Positions 54,089 to 63,395 of a DNA stretch of 64,000 nt are shown here, piece by piece (within the stretch, counting starts at the first letter, position 1; each line of letters opens with the position of its first letter). Origin of the DNA: a virus. Its lineage: Duplodnaviria; Heunggongvirae; Uroviricota; Caudoviricetes. The translations under genes were made by a program, and so were the position numbers. The notes under the pieces were generated by a model. That model searched no databases. It had not been told where the DNA came from and saw nothing but the letters and a program-made list of their open reading frames with translations. The stretch is taken from IMG/VR virus record IMGVR_UViG_3300010383_000113, positions 37,830-101,829 of that record. One strand, given 5' to 3'.

Positions 54089-54744
54089 CCCTTCTCCTCG
54101 GGCTTCGCTAGGCTATAGCCCCAGTACGCCAGCAAGGCCTCGAATTCGCCGAAGTCGCCTGGAACCTCGATCGGTTCACCCCGAAATCCAGACGGATCGG
54201 ATTTGGATACATAGGTGTGAAGCCAGGCGTCGAACCCACAGCCTGTCGTCACATAAATGTACTCGGACCCGTTGAGAGGCGGCTCCATGTGATAGACGTC
54301 GTAACGCCAGCTAAAGTCGATGCCCCTCGCTCGCCTGACGTTCATCATGTGCGTGGCCACACCATGGTGGTCATCGGGGTCGGCGAGATCGAACATTTGC
54401 AGCCCGCCGCGAGCGTAGTTTTCGTACAGCCTGAGTTTATAGGACCTGGTCGACGTTGTCATTCGCCCGATCCATTCACGAGCCTCCTGGTATGATTTGA
54501 ACCGAAGGCCGTTGTATTCATACGGGTTTTCGGTGCCACACCCCACAACCTGGTAGTAGAAATAAGGCTTTAGGCCAAGATCCCCAAGGATGTTTTGGAC
54601 CTCATTTTTGACCGCTTCGACTTCGGCATCCGTCCAGCCTTTGGACGAGAAGTCAAAGTTCGGGAGATGTTGCTTGACGAGGCGTCGTATCACCCCGACC
54701 GCCTCCCAATAGGGGTAGTGGACCATGTTACTCACTTGGGACAT
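54085..54744 (-). CDS. Hypothetical protein (start may be 54726)
   Basis: Lower-GC ORF coupled to its neighbours. Confidence 0.6.
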   Translation of the reverse strand: MSQVSNMVHYPYWEAVGVIRRLVKQHLPNFDFSSKGWTDAEVEAVKNEVQNILGDLGLKPYFYYQVVGCGTENPYEYNGLRFKSYQEAREWIGRMTTSTRSYKLRLYENYARGGLQMFDLADPDDHHGVATHMMNVRRARGIDFSWRYDVYHMEPPLNGSEYIYVTTGCGFDAWLHTYVSKSDPSGFRGEPIEVPGDFGEFEALLAYWGYSLAKPEEKG

Positions 54745-54940
54745 CTCCCAAGACAGGCGGATACTCGCAGCCGCGTTCGGCCAACCACTTCTCGTCCACC
54801 GAGGATTCCTCGAACTTGAAGCCGAGGGCCTTGAACAGCTCGTCGTAGTCGAATGAGGAGTTCTGGAGCTTCAGGACGCCGTCCACGTAGAGCCCATGCC
54901 ATTCGGCGTCGCCGCCGTTCACGAAGGTGACCGTCTTCAA
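54728..54940 (-). CDS. Small hypothetical protein (paralog B)
   Basis: TTG start overlapping the upstream TGA; WHGLYVDGVL...YDELFKAL. Confidence 0.6.
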   Translation of the reverse strand: MKTVTFVNGGDAEWHGLYVDGVLKLQNSSFDYDELFKALGFKFEESSVDEKWLAERGCEYPPVLGDVPSE

Positions 54941-55617
54941 AGGACGCCGATCTCCCGGAGCCACGGGGCCAGACCACGCATCTGGGCCTCCGCGTCCTCC
55001 TGACTGTTGTCGTACACTTTGTCGAATCGAGCCCAATTGAACTTATCAGGGTCGAGTGCCGTCTCGCACTCATGGGTCGACTCGGGATAGGGGTTCCGCG
55101 TCAGCCGCAGCACATACCCTCCCTGCTCCTGGATTCCCTTCACTTCGTTCGGGAATCGGACGTCGGGGATGATGGCAATCAGCCGGCGTTCAATGCCGGG
55201 AAGCTCGCGTATTTGGCGTTCGCGATCCAGGATGTCAGCAAGGGATTTCCTCAGCCAAATATCGGGGTCGGACCTGCGGAAAATTTGAGTGCCCCACGCC
55301 TCCATGACCTGGCGTCCCGTCATGGGGCCTGATCTTCCGTTAGCAACCCCTGGGACCGGGAAGTTCTCCCATAGCAGGTGAGGTACGACGGAATTCTTCT
55401 GTTCATTGGTGCCGTCGACCTGTTCGGGCTTCAAGCCAAGCACGTCGACACAGAACCTCTTCAGGTGCTTGGCCATCGAGAACTCTTCCACAGCCACGAT
55501 CGGAAGAGACTTGTGGGCATGGAAGTGGTTGTCCCAGGCCGACGCGATGCCGAGGTAGGTCGTCGTCTTCCCGCTTTGCATCCTTCCGCTGACGCCCAGG
55601 ATGATCAATTTAGACAT
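54937..55617 (-). CDS. Deoxynucleoside monophosphate kinase (T4 gp1-like)
   Basis: GVSGRMQSGKTT, FS.A..LK, RQVME.WGT..FR..DPDIW, IIPDVRFPNE, HECE. Confidence 0.85.
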   Translation of the reverse strand: MSKLIILGVSGRMQSGKTTTYLGIASAWDNHFHAHKSLPIVAVEEFSMAKHLKRFCVDVLGLKPEQVDGTNEQKNSVVPHLLWENFPVPGVANGRSGPMTGRQVMEAWGTQIFRRSDPDIWLRKSLADILDRERQIRELPGIERRLIAIIPDVRFPNEVKGIQEQGGYVLRLTRNPYPESTHECETALDPDKFNWARFDKVYDNSQEDAEAQMRGLAPWLREIGVL

Positions 55618-55795
55618 CGTCCCTCACAGACAGCCTTTCCATCAGGGCGTTGTGTTCACACTCGATGATCTCGTAGGCGACGCCCCGGATCCGTTTCCGT
55701 TCCAGGGCGTCCTCGGCCGAACGCCGGTCGTCATAGGGCCCGTAAAAGCCCGCCCACCCGATCGGCGGCGGCCCGAAGGCGATATACCATTTCAT
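55610..55795 (-). CDS. Small hypothetical protein
   Basis: ATG ORF coupled to the primase stop. Confidence 0.5.
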   Translation of the reverse strand: MKWYIAFGPPPIGWAGFYGPYDDRRSAEDALERKRIRGVAYEIIECEHNALMERLSVRDDV

Positions 55796-56976
55796 TTCAT
55801 GTAGCCCTCGATGATTCGACGGTAGTTGTTCTTGACGTCGGCGGTCGTCATGTCGCCCAGGTCGCCCCCTTCAGGCTTGATCCGGTGGACCTTGGCCAGG
55901 CGTCGCCACTTGGCCTCGATCTGCTCGGCCGCCGCGTTGCCGGCGTCATCGTCGTCGGTCATGATCACGACGTGGGAGGGGCTGCACTCTTCGATCATGA
56001 CGTCCTGGAGGCCGCTAAGCTTGCTGCCCATGAGGGCCACGGCGTTCTGGACGCCGGCCTCGTCGAGCCGCCACACGTCGCCGGCCCCCTCCACCAGGAC
56101 GATGCAGCGGGACGTCACGATCCGCTTGCGGGCCCGCCAGAGGTTGTAGAGGTGGTGCTTGTCGTTGAAGCCGTCGGGCTGGACGACCCACCGCAGGTGC
56201 TTCTTGACCGAGGAGAACGGGGCGTCGCCCCGGGAGCAGGGAGGGCACTCCCCGAGGTGGCAGAACGAGCACTTCGGGCATCGGGGGTGGGGGGACCGGC
56301 AGAGGACTCCGATGATGACGGTGCCGTCTTCGTTGTAGATGGGCACGCTGGTCCGGCCGAAGTTGGGGCTCTGCTCGCAGATGTTCTCCCCGACCTCGAA
56401 CTTGGCGAGAGTCCGCTCCTCGTAGCCCCTACTCAGATAATAGGACGACGGGATCCGGTGCCAGCGGTGGAAGACCTCCCTGCTGCACAATTCCCCGGCC
56501 GGACGCCCCTCGGGCGACATCACCTCGACCCCGTGGATGAACGAACGGCGGGCGACCTTCTTGCCGTCGACCTTCACGTCGCCCAGGCTGACGCCCAGGA
56601 ACTTGCAGATCTCGTCGACGGCGGCCTTCGTCGTGACCGTCCTGTCGCCCTCGCGGCCCCATCCGTAGTGCTCGTGGGACATGATGCCCTTGGTGAAGCC
56701 GATCAGCGTCCTGGTGAAGGCCTTCTCGCACTTGTTGCTGTGGCACTCCCAGTTGCCCCGGACGGCGTAACCGTCGGGGTAGAGGTTGACGCCGCTGGAC
56801 GAGCTTCCGCCGTGGACCGGGCACCTCCCGATGTAGCGTTTGCCGTACCGTCTCAGGTCGAGCGAGAAGTAATCCAGGTAGCTTTCCAGCTTGTCGCAGG
56901 CCAAATTGCAGAGTTCGTTCAGTATCGCGTTGTCGCCGTACCTGTCAGAGGGATTGCGGCTCGACTTCGAGGGCAT
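55792..56976 (-). CDS. dnaG: DNA primase (DnaG-like; Zn finger and TOPRIM)
   Basis: CPVH...WECH..C zinc finger; VLVEGAGDVW, VALMG, DDDDAG; extra CPKC..C..C insert. Confidence 0.9.
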   Translation of the reverse strand: MPSKSSRNPSDRYGDNAILNELCNLACDKLESYLDYFSLDLRRYGKRYIGRCPVHGGSSSSGVNLYPDGYAVRGNWECHSNKCEKAFTRTLIGFTKGIMSHEHYGWGREGDRTVTTKAAVDEICKFLGVSLGDVKVDGKKVARRSFIHGVEVMSPEGRPAGELCSREVFHRWHRIPSSYYLSRGYEERTLAKFEVGENICEQSPNFGRTSVPIYNEDGTVIIGVLCRSPHPRCPKCSFCHLGECPPCSRGDAPFSSVKKHLRWVVQPDGFNDKHHLYNLWRARKRIVTSRCIVLVEGAGDVWRLDEAGVQNAVALMGSKLSGLQDVMIEECSPSHVVIMTDDDDAGNAAAEQIEAKWRRLAKVHRIKPEGGDLGDMTTADVKNNYRRIIEGYMK

Positions 56977-58453
56977 CGGGGAATTGCTCCACTTTCGGCT
57001 TCTTCAACTTTCGGGTCGATTTCTTCGAGGCGAACGTCTTCTCTTCCGAAGTCCTACTACCCCGCTCCTTGTAGATCTCGAACTTCGTCTTGGTCTCCTT
57101 CATCCGGCAGGTGGCCCCGTCGAAATCGAGGCTGATGTAGTTGCCGTCGGCCCCGGGGCCGTGGCGGGCGATGAGGCAGAGGAGCTTGCGATTCCCGTTC
57201 TCGGGCCCGTCGTGCTCGATCTCCTCCTCGGTCTTCTTCTTGAGGATCGTGAACGAGGAGCACTTCCAGATGATCCGGTCCGAGCCGGCCGCCACCGTGG
57301 TGGACTCCTTCTCGTCGCCCTCCCGGTTGAGCTGGAGCAGCGACAGGACCGCGACCTGATACTTCGAGGCCAGCCTGATGAGGGCCATCATCTGGAACCC
57401 GAGCATCTGGTACTCCTTGAAGTCCCCCTTGAACTCCGAGGCGTCGCTGACCTGGAGGTAGTCGTACACGATGAGGGCCTTCTCTCGTCGTCCGACCTCG
57501 CCGATCGGGACGTTCTTCACGATCCAGCGTCGCATCATCGCGAGCTGTTCCTCGAACGAGAGGTCCACCACCGACTTGTAGTGGTAGGGGAGTCGCTCCA
57601 GATCGTCCATGGCTCGACGTAGATCGGCCTTCTCCTCTTCGTTGACGCACCCCTTCTCGATATCATTGATCTTGATGCCCGTTTCATGAGCCAGGATGCG
57701 TGCCTGCTGTTCTTCGGGTGACATCTCAGTGTCAACATTCAGCACAAACGTGCCTGATTTGGCCACAAACATACAAACTTCGTTACTTAAGCTACTTTTG
57801 CCCTGCTTCGGTCTGGCCGCAAAGACCGTCACGCCGCCGACCCTGCAACCTCCGCCTACCTGCTCGTTCCATTTGGCAAACGGCAGAGGGATGCCGACGT
57901 GCTCGCGGGGATTGGCGAGAATCTCTTCGAGCCACTCTTTGCCGCCCGCCGCGATGTGGGTCGATGAATTGAGCCGGTCGTCGCTGACGCTCTGGGCGTA
58001 CTCCAGGATCGGCTTCTCGGCGATCGAGAGGATGAGGGCCAGGGCCTCGTCGCCCGTGATCTTCTGGAGGTCGATCCGGGACTGGCGGAGCTTGTCGTCC
58101 AGCTCGCGGCCGACGTGGAGCTTCAGGAGTTTGGCGGCGGCGGGCCGGACGCTCTGGATGTCGACGTTCTTCGCATAGTTGTAGAGGCCCCTGATGTACT
58201 TGCGTTCGTCCTCCTGGCAGAGGATGTGGTCGATCTTCTTGGTGCGGGCCAGGGACATGAGGGTGGCGTGGTCGAGCGGCCTCTCCTCCCCTGCTCCGAA
58301 ATGGTCGGCGGCACAGGCGTAGATCAGCCTGTTGGTGTCGTCCGTCATGGCGTCGGCGAAGACCAGCTCGTCGGCGTCGATGAAGGCGTCGCGTCCGTGT
58401 CGGAGGATCCCGGAAATGATGATGCGTTCGGCTTCGATGTCTTCGAAAGGCAT
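56945..58453 (-). CDS. dnaB: Replicative DNA helicase
   Basis: AARPKQGKS Walker A, DTEMS, IVYDYLQ, LLQLNR, AGSDRI, IARHG. Confidence 0.9.
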   Translation of the reverse strand: MPFEDIEAERIIISGILRHGRDAFIDADELVFADAMTDDTNRLIYACAADHFGAGEERPLDHATLMSLARTKKIDHILCQEDERKYIRGLYNYAKNVDIQSVRPAAAKLLKLHVGRELDDKLRQSRIDLQKITGDEALALILSIAEKPILEYAQSVSDDRLNSSTHIAAGGKEWLEEILANPREHVGIPLPFAKWNEQVGGGCRVGGVTVFAARPKQGKSSLSNEVCMFVAKSGTFVLNVDTEMSPEEQQARILAHETGIKINDIEKGCVNEEEKADLRRAMDDLERLPYHYKSVVDLSFEEQLAMMRRWIVKNVPIGEVGRREKALIVYDYLQVSDASEFKGDFKEYQMLGFQMMALIRLASKYQVAVLSLLQLNREGDEKESTTVAAGSDRIIWKCSSFTILKKKTEEEIEHDGPENGNRKLLCLIARHGPGADGNYISLDFDGATCRMKETKTKFEIYKERGSRTSEEKTFASKKSTRKLKKPKVEQFPDALEVEPQSL

Positions 58454-58459
58454 ACCGTC

Positions 58460-58954
58460 TCAGCGTCGTGAAAAGATCAGGTTGTTGATGGATTTCGCGA
58501 TCTCGGCGAGCCGGAACGACTGGCTCTCCAGGCGTGCGGCGGCCGTGTTGGCGTTCTGCATGGCTTGCCAGTAGTCCCAGGCTTTCTTGTTGGGGCTGTC
58601 TCTCGCGGCTTTCATCCACTTGTCCTCCCGGTTGTAGACTTCGGAACTGAGGGAACGGCCGACCAGGTGGGCGAGGGCCGCCTGGCAGCGGGCCGCGACC
58701 GACTTCTGGCGGTTGAATTCGTCCTGCACCGCGAACGCGGCGACGTTCAACTCGTAGGCGACCTCGCCGAGTTCATCCGTCGTCATCCGGCGGAGGTCTT
58801 CGCGGTCGTAGTTGAGGTGGGCGTCGACGTCACGCGGGCAGGGCTGGGGGTAGCCGACCTCCCTGATCTGCTCCCAGAGCATCTCGCCGTAGGCGGCGAT
58901 GGCCTCTTCAGCCGTCAAGGAGGAGGTCTCGCCACTGCTCGTCTGTTTGGTCAT
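58460..58954 (-). CDS. Helical hypothetical protein (possible recombination mediator)
   Basis: Coiled-coil 164 aa between the endonuclease and dnaB. Confidence 0.55.
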   Translation of the reverse strand: MTKQTSSGETSSLTAEEAIAAYGEMLWEQIREVGYPQPCPRDVDAHLNYDREDLRRMTTDELGEVAYELNVAAFAVQDEFNRQKSVAARCQAALAHLVGRSLSSEVYNREDKWMKAARDSPNKKAWDYWQAMQNANTAAARLESQSFRLAEIAKSINNLIFSRR

Positions 58955-59309
58955 GTCGGAATTCGATGAGGGTGATGCCGTTGGCCTCGCAGAACGACGC
59001 CTTCCGGCGGTCCCGGGCCCGCGACTTGTGGAAGCCACGGAGCCCGCCGTGCATGTAGGACGAGGGCTCGTAGTGCTGACGCCCCTGGACCTCGACGGCG
59101 AGCTTCCGGGCGGGCACGAGGAAGTCGAACCGCTGGCGGGAGTTCGGCAGGGGGACCTCCTCGTAGACCAGGTCGGTCGCGAAGAGGCCCTTGATCACGG
59201 CCCTGGCCCGGAGGTGGAGGCCGGACCTGGGCGTCGCGTCGTCGGCCCTCACCTCGAAGCCCTTGAGACGCCAGACGACCTCTCGGCCGTTGGAGTCAAG
59301 CACCCTCAT
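58908..59309 (-). CDS. PD-(D/E)XK endonuclease (DUF559/Vsr-like)
   Basis: EEV.LP..RQRFDF...LAVEVQGRQH...RD..K...C...GI.LI. Confidence 0.8.
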   Translation of the reverse strand: MRVLDSNGREVVWRLKGFEVRADDATPRSGLHLRARAVIKGLFATDLVYEEVPLPNSRQRFDFLVPARKLAVEVQGRQHYEPSSYMHGGLRGFHKSRARDRRKASFCEANGITLIEFRHDQTDEQWRDLLLDG

Positions 59310-60372
59310 CGCCGGGCTCCTCGTCGAAGGACATGCGGCGGACCTCGGCGTGGAGCTTCCGGCAGACGTCGGGGTTCTCCACGAGGAAGGTGCAGGCCTT
59401 GTCCATGCCGTTGGCCTTGGGCGGGTCGTCCCCCAGGAAGTCGAATGACAGCCAGGTCGAACCGTTGACGAGCCCGAGTTCCTTGGCCTGTTCGAGCAGT
59501 TCGAACTCCTTGTCGATCCCGTGGTCGTACCGCAGGATGGAGGTGAACTTGGTCCCGGGCGGGCCCAGGGGCGTCCGCTCGACCTTCCAGTGGATCTTCT
59601 GGCCCCAGGCCCGGGTCTCGTCGCCCTTGGTGAGGTACTCGACCCACTCGCAGACCATGCCGGTGGACCGGGCGTACTCGACCTTCTTGGGGAGCGAGAC
59701 GGCCCACTTCTTCTTGCCGCCGATGTTCGTGTACCAGTGGGCGATCCCGATGACCACGTTGTCGTTGATCGGGATGATGGGGGCCATCTTGCGGCAGAAC
59801 CGCCCGACGAGCCGGGGCGAGCCGCCGACCGGGGGCGACTTGTCGTAGTCCCCCATCTCCATCTCGGAGCTGTCGCTGAGGATCGAGAAGCTGTCGATGA
59901 TGATCATCGCGTGCTCCTCGGTCTTGATGATCTTCTCGGCGATCTCCAGGTACTTCTCGGCCGTGAGGATCTGGCCCTTGGTCGAGTGGACGATCTCCAT
60001 CCGGTCGGGGTCGAGCCCCTTGATGCCGGCGAGGTTCATCCGGTAGATGCGGGCCTCGGCGGCGATGTAGAAGAGGCGGCGTCCCATGGCCTGCCAGGCG
60101 GCCCCGGCCTGCAAGGCGGTCGAGGTCTTGCCGCAGCCGGCGTCGCCGGCCAGGGTCGCCAGGGTGCCGGTCACGAGCCCGCCGCCGAGGGCGGCGTCGA
60201 TGGCCGGGCTGATGCTGATGACTTCACGCTTCTTGTCGTAGACGTCGCGTCCGCTGACGATGACGCCTTCGCCGAAGGTCTTGCTGATGAGGGCCGCCGC
60301 TCGGGACGGCTTGGACGGGTCGTCTTGTACGACCGCCGCTTCGGGCTGTTTGTTCTTGGCGGGTCGGGCCAC
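59296..60372 (-). CDS. recA: RecA/UvsX-like recombinase
   Basis: ISISPAIDAALGGGL..G...LAGDAGCGKTS, IIIDSFS; GTG start at 60372. Confidence 0.85.
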   Translation of the reverse strand: MARPAKNKQPEAAVVQDDPSKPSRAAALISKTFGEGVIVSGRDVYDKKREVISISPAIDAALGGGLVTGTLATLAGDAGCGKTSTALQAGAAWQAMGRRLFYIAAEARIYRMNLAGIKGLDPDRMEIVHSTKGQILTAEKYLEIAEKIIKTEEHAMIIIDSFSILSDSSEMEMGDYDKSPPVGGSPRLVGRFCRKMAPIIPINDNVVIGIAHWYTNIGGKKKWAVSLPKKVEYARSTGMVCEWVEYLTKGDETRAWGQKIHWKVERTPLGPPGTKFTSILRYDHGIDKEFELLEQAKELGLVNGSTWLSFDFLGDDPPKANGMDKACTFLVENPDVCRKLHAEVRRMSFDEEPGDEGA

Positions 60373-60815
60373 TACACTCCTTCGAGTCGGGAACGGATGC
60401 TGCGACGGGCTCGGGGCGGGGGCGGGGCCGTCTCGGCGGCGTCGCCGGGGGGAGTAGCAGGGGGTGGGGTCCTCGCCTCGTCGACCTGCTCGCGGGACGC
60501 CTCGATCGTGCGGTCGATTCGGCGTTGTTCTTCGGAGGCGAGTTCGCCGAGCTTGGGGTAGGCGAGGGAGCGGATCCAGGCGTTCTTGGTCAGGGCCGCC
60601 GAGATCGCCTCGACGTCGTACACCCGGAGGAGGGCCCTGGCGTTGCGGAGCTGGGCCTTGAAGACCTTCTCCCAGCCCGGATCCCTCCAGAACTTGAAGA
60701 ACAGCGAACGCCCCTGGGCCTGGGCGATCCTCAAGCACATCACCTCGGCGAGTTTCTGCTCCGCCGTGATCTTGCCGTCGGCCCCGTAGTCCGAGTCGTA
60801 GCAGGCTTTTCCCAT
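60372..60815 (-). CDS. Hypothetical protein
   Basis: ATG start; Pro-rich linker; coupled to recA. Confidence 0.65.
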   Translation of the reverse strand: MGKACYDSDYGADGKITAEQKLAEVMCLRIAQAQGRSLFFKFWRDPGWEKVFKAQLRNARALLRVYDVEAISAALTKNAWIRSLAYPKLGELASEEQRRIDRTIEASREQVDEARTPPPATPPGDAAETAPPPPRARRSIRSRLEGV

Positions 60816-60820
60816 GAGGT

Positions 60821-61231
60821 TTAATTAAGAATGAGCATTTCGGATTCGGTGTCGATCGGCCGTTCGTCCCGGTCGATCACGGTCAGCTCGGGCACCTTGA
60901 AGTGGACGGTCTGGACGGAGTCGCCCTCGACCCAGCCGACCCGGAAGCCGGCGACCTGGAAGGTGCCGGCCCCGACCACCCCGCCGGCCGTCCGGGCGAA
61001 GAAGTAGCCGGGCATGTCGGGCGGGAGTTCCTCGATGTGGGAGCGGAACTGGACGCGGAGCCCCTTGATCGACCTCCCCTGCTCCCGACAATGCCGGCCG
61101 AGACGGATCCAGGCCGAAGGGGGCTCGACGCCGGGCCGATCGTCGTCGCCGAAGACCGTGGTCCCGTCGTCGAGGACGGCCACCCAGCGGGCCCGGTCGC
61201 GGACGTAGTGGTCGTCGACCGTGCAGATCAC
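60821..61231 (-). CDS. Hypothetical protein
   Basis: GTGA overlap; GC3 bias. Confidence 0.65.
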   Translation of the reverse strand: MICTVDDHYVRDRARWVAVLDDGTTVFGDDDRPGVEPPSAWIRLGRHCREQGRSIKGLRVQFRSHIEELPPDMPGYFFARTAGGVVGAGTFQVAGFRVGWVEGDSVQTVHFKVPELTVIDRDERPIDTESEMLILN

Positions 61232-61524
61232 TTCGGCTTCCTCCGGCGGGCCAACTCCTCGATCGAGCAGGAGTCGACGCCGGGGCGGGCCGACGCCGAG
61301 ACGCCGATGAGGGACTTGCTGAGGGCGTCCATCTCGCTCGACATCGCCCCGCTGCTCGTGACGGCCGTCGGGCGGGCCGGGGGCGGGGGCAGCGAGGCCA
61401 GGACCTCCTCGACCTGCACCTCGGTCAGGCCCGTGTCCTCCGCCAGCTTCGACGTGGCTTCCTCGCGGTTCTGCTCGATGTACTTGACCATGGCCGGGGG
61501 GACGGCCGCCTTACGCTTAGCCAT
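61228..61524 (-). CDS. Small HTH-like protein
   Basis: TSKLAEDTGLTEVQVEEVL. Confidence 0.55.
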   Translation of the reverse strand: MAKRKAAVPPAMVKYIEQNREEATSKLAEDTGLTEVQVEEVLASLPPPPARPTAVTSSGAMSSEMDALSKSLIGVSASARPGVDSCSIEELARRRKPK

Positions 61525-61939
61525 TGATGAGGTTCCTGACGAGCTTCTCGTAGATGGTCTTGTGCCGGGGGTTCTGGAGGTAGCTGAGGTAGAGATGGAA
61601 CTGGTCGAGCGTGACCTGCTTGAACTTGAAGGTCCGCTTCCGCTCCTCGTCCATGTGCTTGAGGAACGTGTGCATGTTGAAGTCGACGCCGAACGGGTCC
61701 ATCGGGGCCGGGTCCAGCCCGACCGAGTCGAGGAACCGGATGGAGAACACCGTCTCGCCCCCGAAGGTGACGGCCTTGGCCGCCATGTACCGCTCGTCGT
61801 CCATCGGCCGCCCCTTGTGGTCGTATCCCTCGACCGAGGCCTCGCCGACGCCCTCGCCGCCCTCCCTGCTCCCGTCTTCTTCCCTGCGGGGCACCCGGTA
61901 GAACCCGTCCCCGCTGCCGCTGCGGACGCGATCGTTCAT
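61517..61939 (-). CDS. Hypothetical protein
   Basis: ATG 61939 overlapping the upstream stop. Confidence 0.6.
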   Translation of the reverse strand: MNDRVRSGSGDGFYRVPRREEDGSREGGEGVGEASVEGYDHKGRPMDDERYMAAKAVTFGGETVFSIRFLDSVGLDPAPMDPFGVDFNMHTFLKHMDEERKRTFKFKQVTLDQFHLYLSYLQNPRHKTIYEKLVRNLING

Positions 61940-62244
61940 CGCTTCACTTTCTGGAGTTTGAACATCTGGAGGTTGCCGCTCGTCTCGACGTCGACGATCT
62001 CGTAGGCCGGGACGTCGCCGGGCACGCCGACCACCGTCTCGCCCTTCACCTCGACGACCTGGGAACGGTCGCCGCACGGGCAGTCGGACCGGAATCGCTT
62101 CACCCGCTCCGACTTCTTGACCACCATGACGTCGACGAGCTTCGCGTCGCACGCCTCGCAGACGAGGGTGTAGTGGCCGAGTTCCGACCAGCCCTTCGGG
62201 TGCTCAGACCTTTGGTCGATCTGCCTTGCCGACAATCTTGCCAA
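61936..62244 (-). CDS. Zn-ribbon protein
   Basis: CEAC...CPCG. Confidence 0.6.
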   Translation of the reverse strand: MARLSARQIDQRSEHPKGWSELGHYTLVCEACDAKLVDVMVVKKSERVKRFRSDCPCGDRSQVVEVKGETVVGVPGDVPAYEIVDVETSGNLQMFKLQKVKR

Positions 62245-62464
62245 GGGAGGGGTCTCCGGTTGCGTTCTTGAGGAATTGTTGGACCTTGGCGACGCACGCC
62301 TGCCGGTCGTCGGCCTCGATCGCCGCCGCCTCGACGCCGGTCGACTTGGGCCACGGCTGGATCCGGCCCTCGCCGTCCACCTCGTGGAGTTCCCAGCGGA
62401 TCGAGACCAGGGCGACGTGGCGGGCCGAGTCGTCCTCGGGTGGCTTCTTGGGGAGTCCGGCCAT
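62204..62464 (-). CDS. Hypothetical protein
   Basis: ATG ORF in the operon. Confidence 0.55.
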   Translation of the reverse strand: MAGLPKKPPEDDSARHVALVSIRWELHEVDGEGRIQPWPKSTGVEAAAIEADDRQACVAKVQQFLKNATGDPSLGKIVGKADRPKV

Positions 62465-62465
62465 C

Positions 62466-62834
62466 TCAGCCCCCCGTCGTGATCGAGGGGGTCAGGCCTT
62501 CGGTCGTCCGGCCCGTCATGATGTAACGCTCCTTCTGGGCGTCCGTGAGGTTCGCGAGGCCCTTGTTCGGCTCGCCGTCACGCCACCAGGGCTTGTAGGG
62601 CTCGGGGACGTCGCCACGCAGGTCTTCCCGCTGGCCCTTGAGCTTCGAGGTGTTGCGGTCGGCCAGGGCCCCCAGGGTCCTCGGCGTGGCGTCGAAGATG
62701 GTGGGGGGATGGAGGACTCGTCGGTAGTCCCCACTCTTACACTTAGGACAGGAGGTCAGGGCGTCGTCTCGAATCGACTGCACAACCTCGTCGACGGACT
62801 CGCAATCATGACACTTGTAGACGTAAAGGGGCAT
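62466..62834 (-). CDS. FmdB-family zinc-ribbon protein
   Basis: MPLYVYKCHDC...VVQSI.D..LTSCPKC..G..RRV signature. Confidence 0.85.
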   Translation of the reverse strand: MPLYVYKCHDCESVDEVVQSIRDDALTSCPKCKSGDYRRVLHPPTIFDATPRTLGALADRNTSKLKGQREDLRGDVPEPYKPWWRDGEPNKGLANLTDAQKERYIMTGRTTEGLTPSITTGG

Positions 62835-63115
62835 GGCTCGCCTTCGGCGGGAGCAGGGAGGGCGTTCTGCGTGAATCCTTCGACGACCTCTTCGTAGACG
62901 TCGAAATCCATGTAGGAGTTGAAATCGGGGAACGTCGGCACGTTGGTGACCAGGCCGCGAACGCCGTCCGCCCACCTCGGGACCATGTCGAACTCGAACG
63001 ACATCGGCACGCCCTTGATGAGCTTCCCCTGCGGAGCCCCACCCCCTGCTACCGCCGCCTTGGCGGCGAACGGCAGTGCCAGGAGCGAGGTCAGGAAGCC
63101 ACGACGGTCTTCCAT
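62756..63115 (-). CDS. Small protein with a twin-arginine (Tat) signal
   Basis: MEDRRGFLTSLLALPFAAKAAVA. Confidence 0.65.
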   Translation of the reverse strand: MEDRRGFLTSLLALPFAAKAAVAGGGAPQGKLIKGVPMSFEFDMVPRWADGVRGLVTNVPTFPDFNSYMDFDVYEEVVEGFTQNALPAPAEGEPCPFTSTSVMIASPSTRLCSRFETTP

Positions 63116-63117
63116 GA

Positions 63118-63393
63118 TCACTCGTCCTTCAAGATCGCGGCGTACAAGGCCTGAGCGGCCAAGAATCCCATGGTGATGGGACCGCCGAGGACACTTGCGA
63201 CGAGAATCAGGATTACCAGCACGGTGGCGACGGAGTCCGCCCATCGGCCGAGTCGATTCCGGAAAGAGTCGGCAAGGATGCGTCGGGCAAGTCGCAACTT
63301 CGCCGTTTCACTGGCCTCCCACCCAGTCAGAATGATCCAAATCCAAAGACCGATGCAGCCGACGTGGAAGATCGAATAAAGGATCAAGAACAA
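63118..63393 (-). CDS. Membrane protein with 2-3 TM helices (holin-like)
   Basis: TTG start with GGAG RBS; hydrophobic helices separated by a basic loop. Confidence 0.55.
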   Translation of the reverse strand: MFLILYSIFHVGCIGLWIWIILTGWEASETAKLRLARRILADSFRNRLGRWADSVATVLVILILVASVLGGPITMGFLAAQALYAAILKDE

Positions 63394-63395
63394 AT

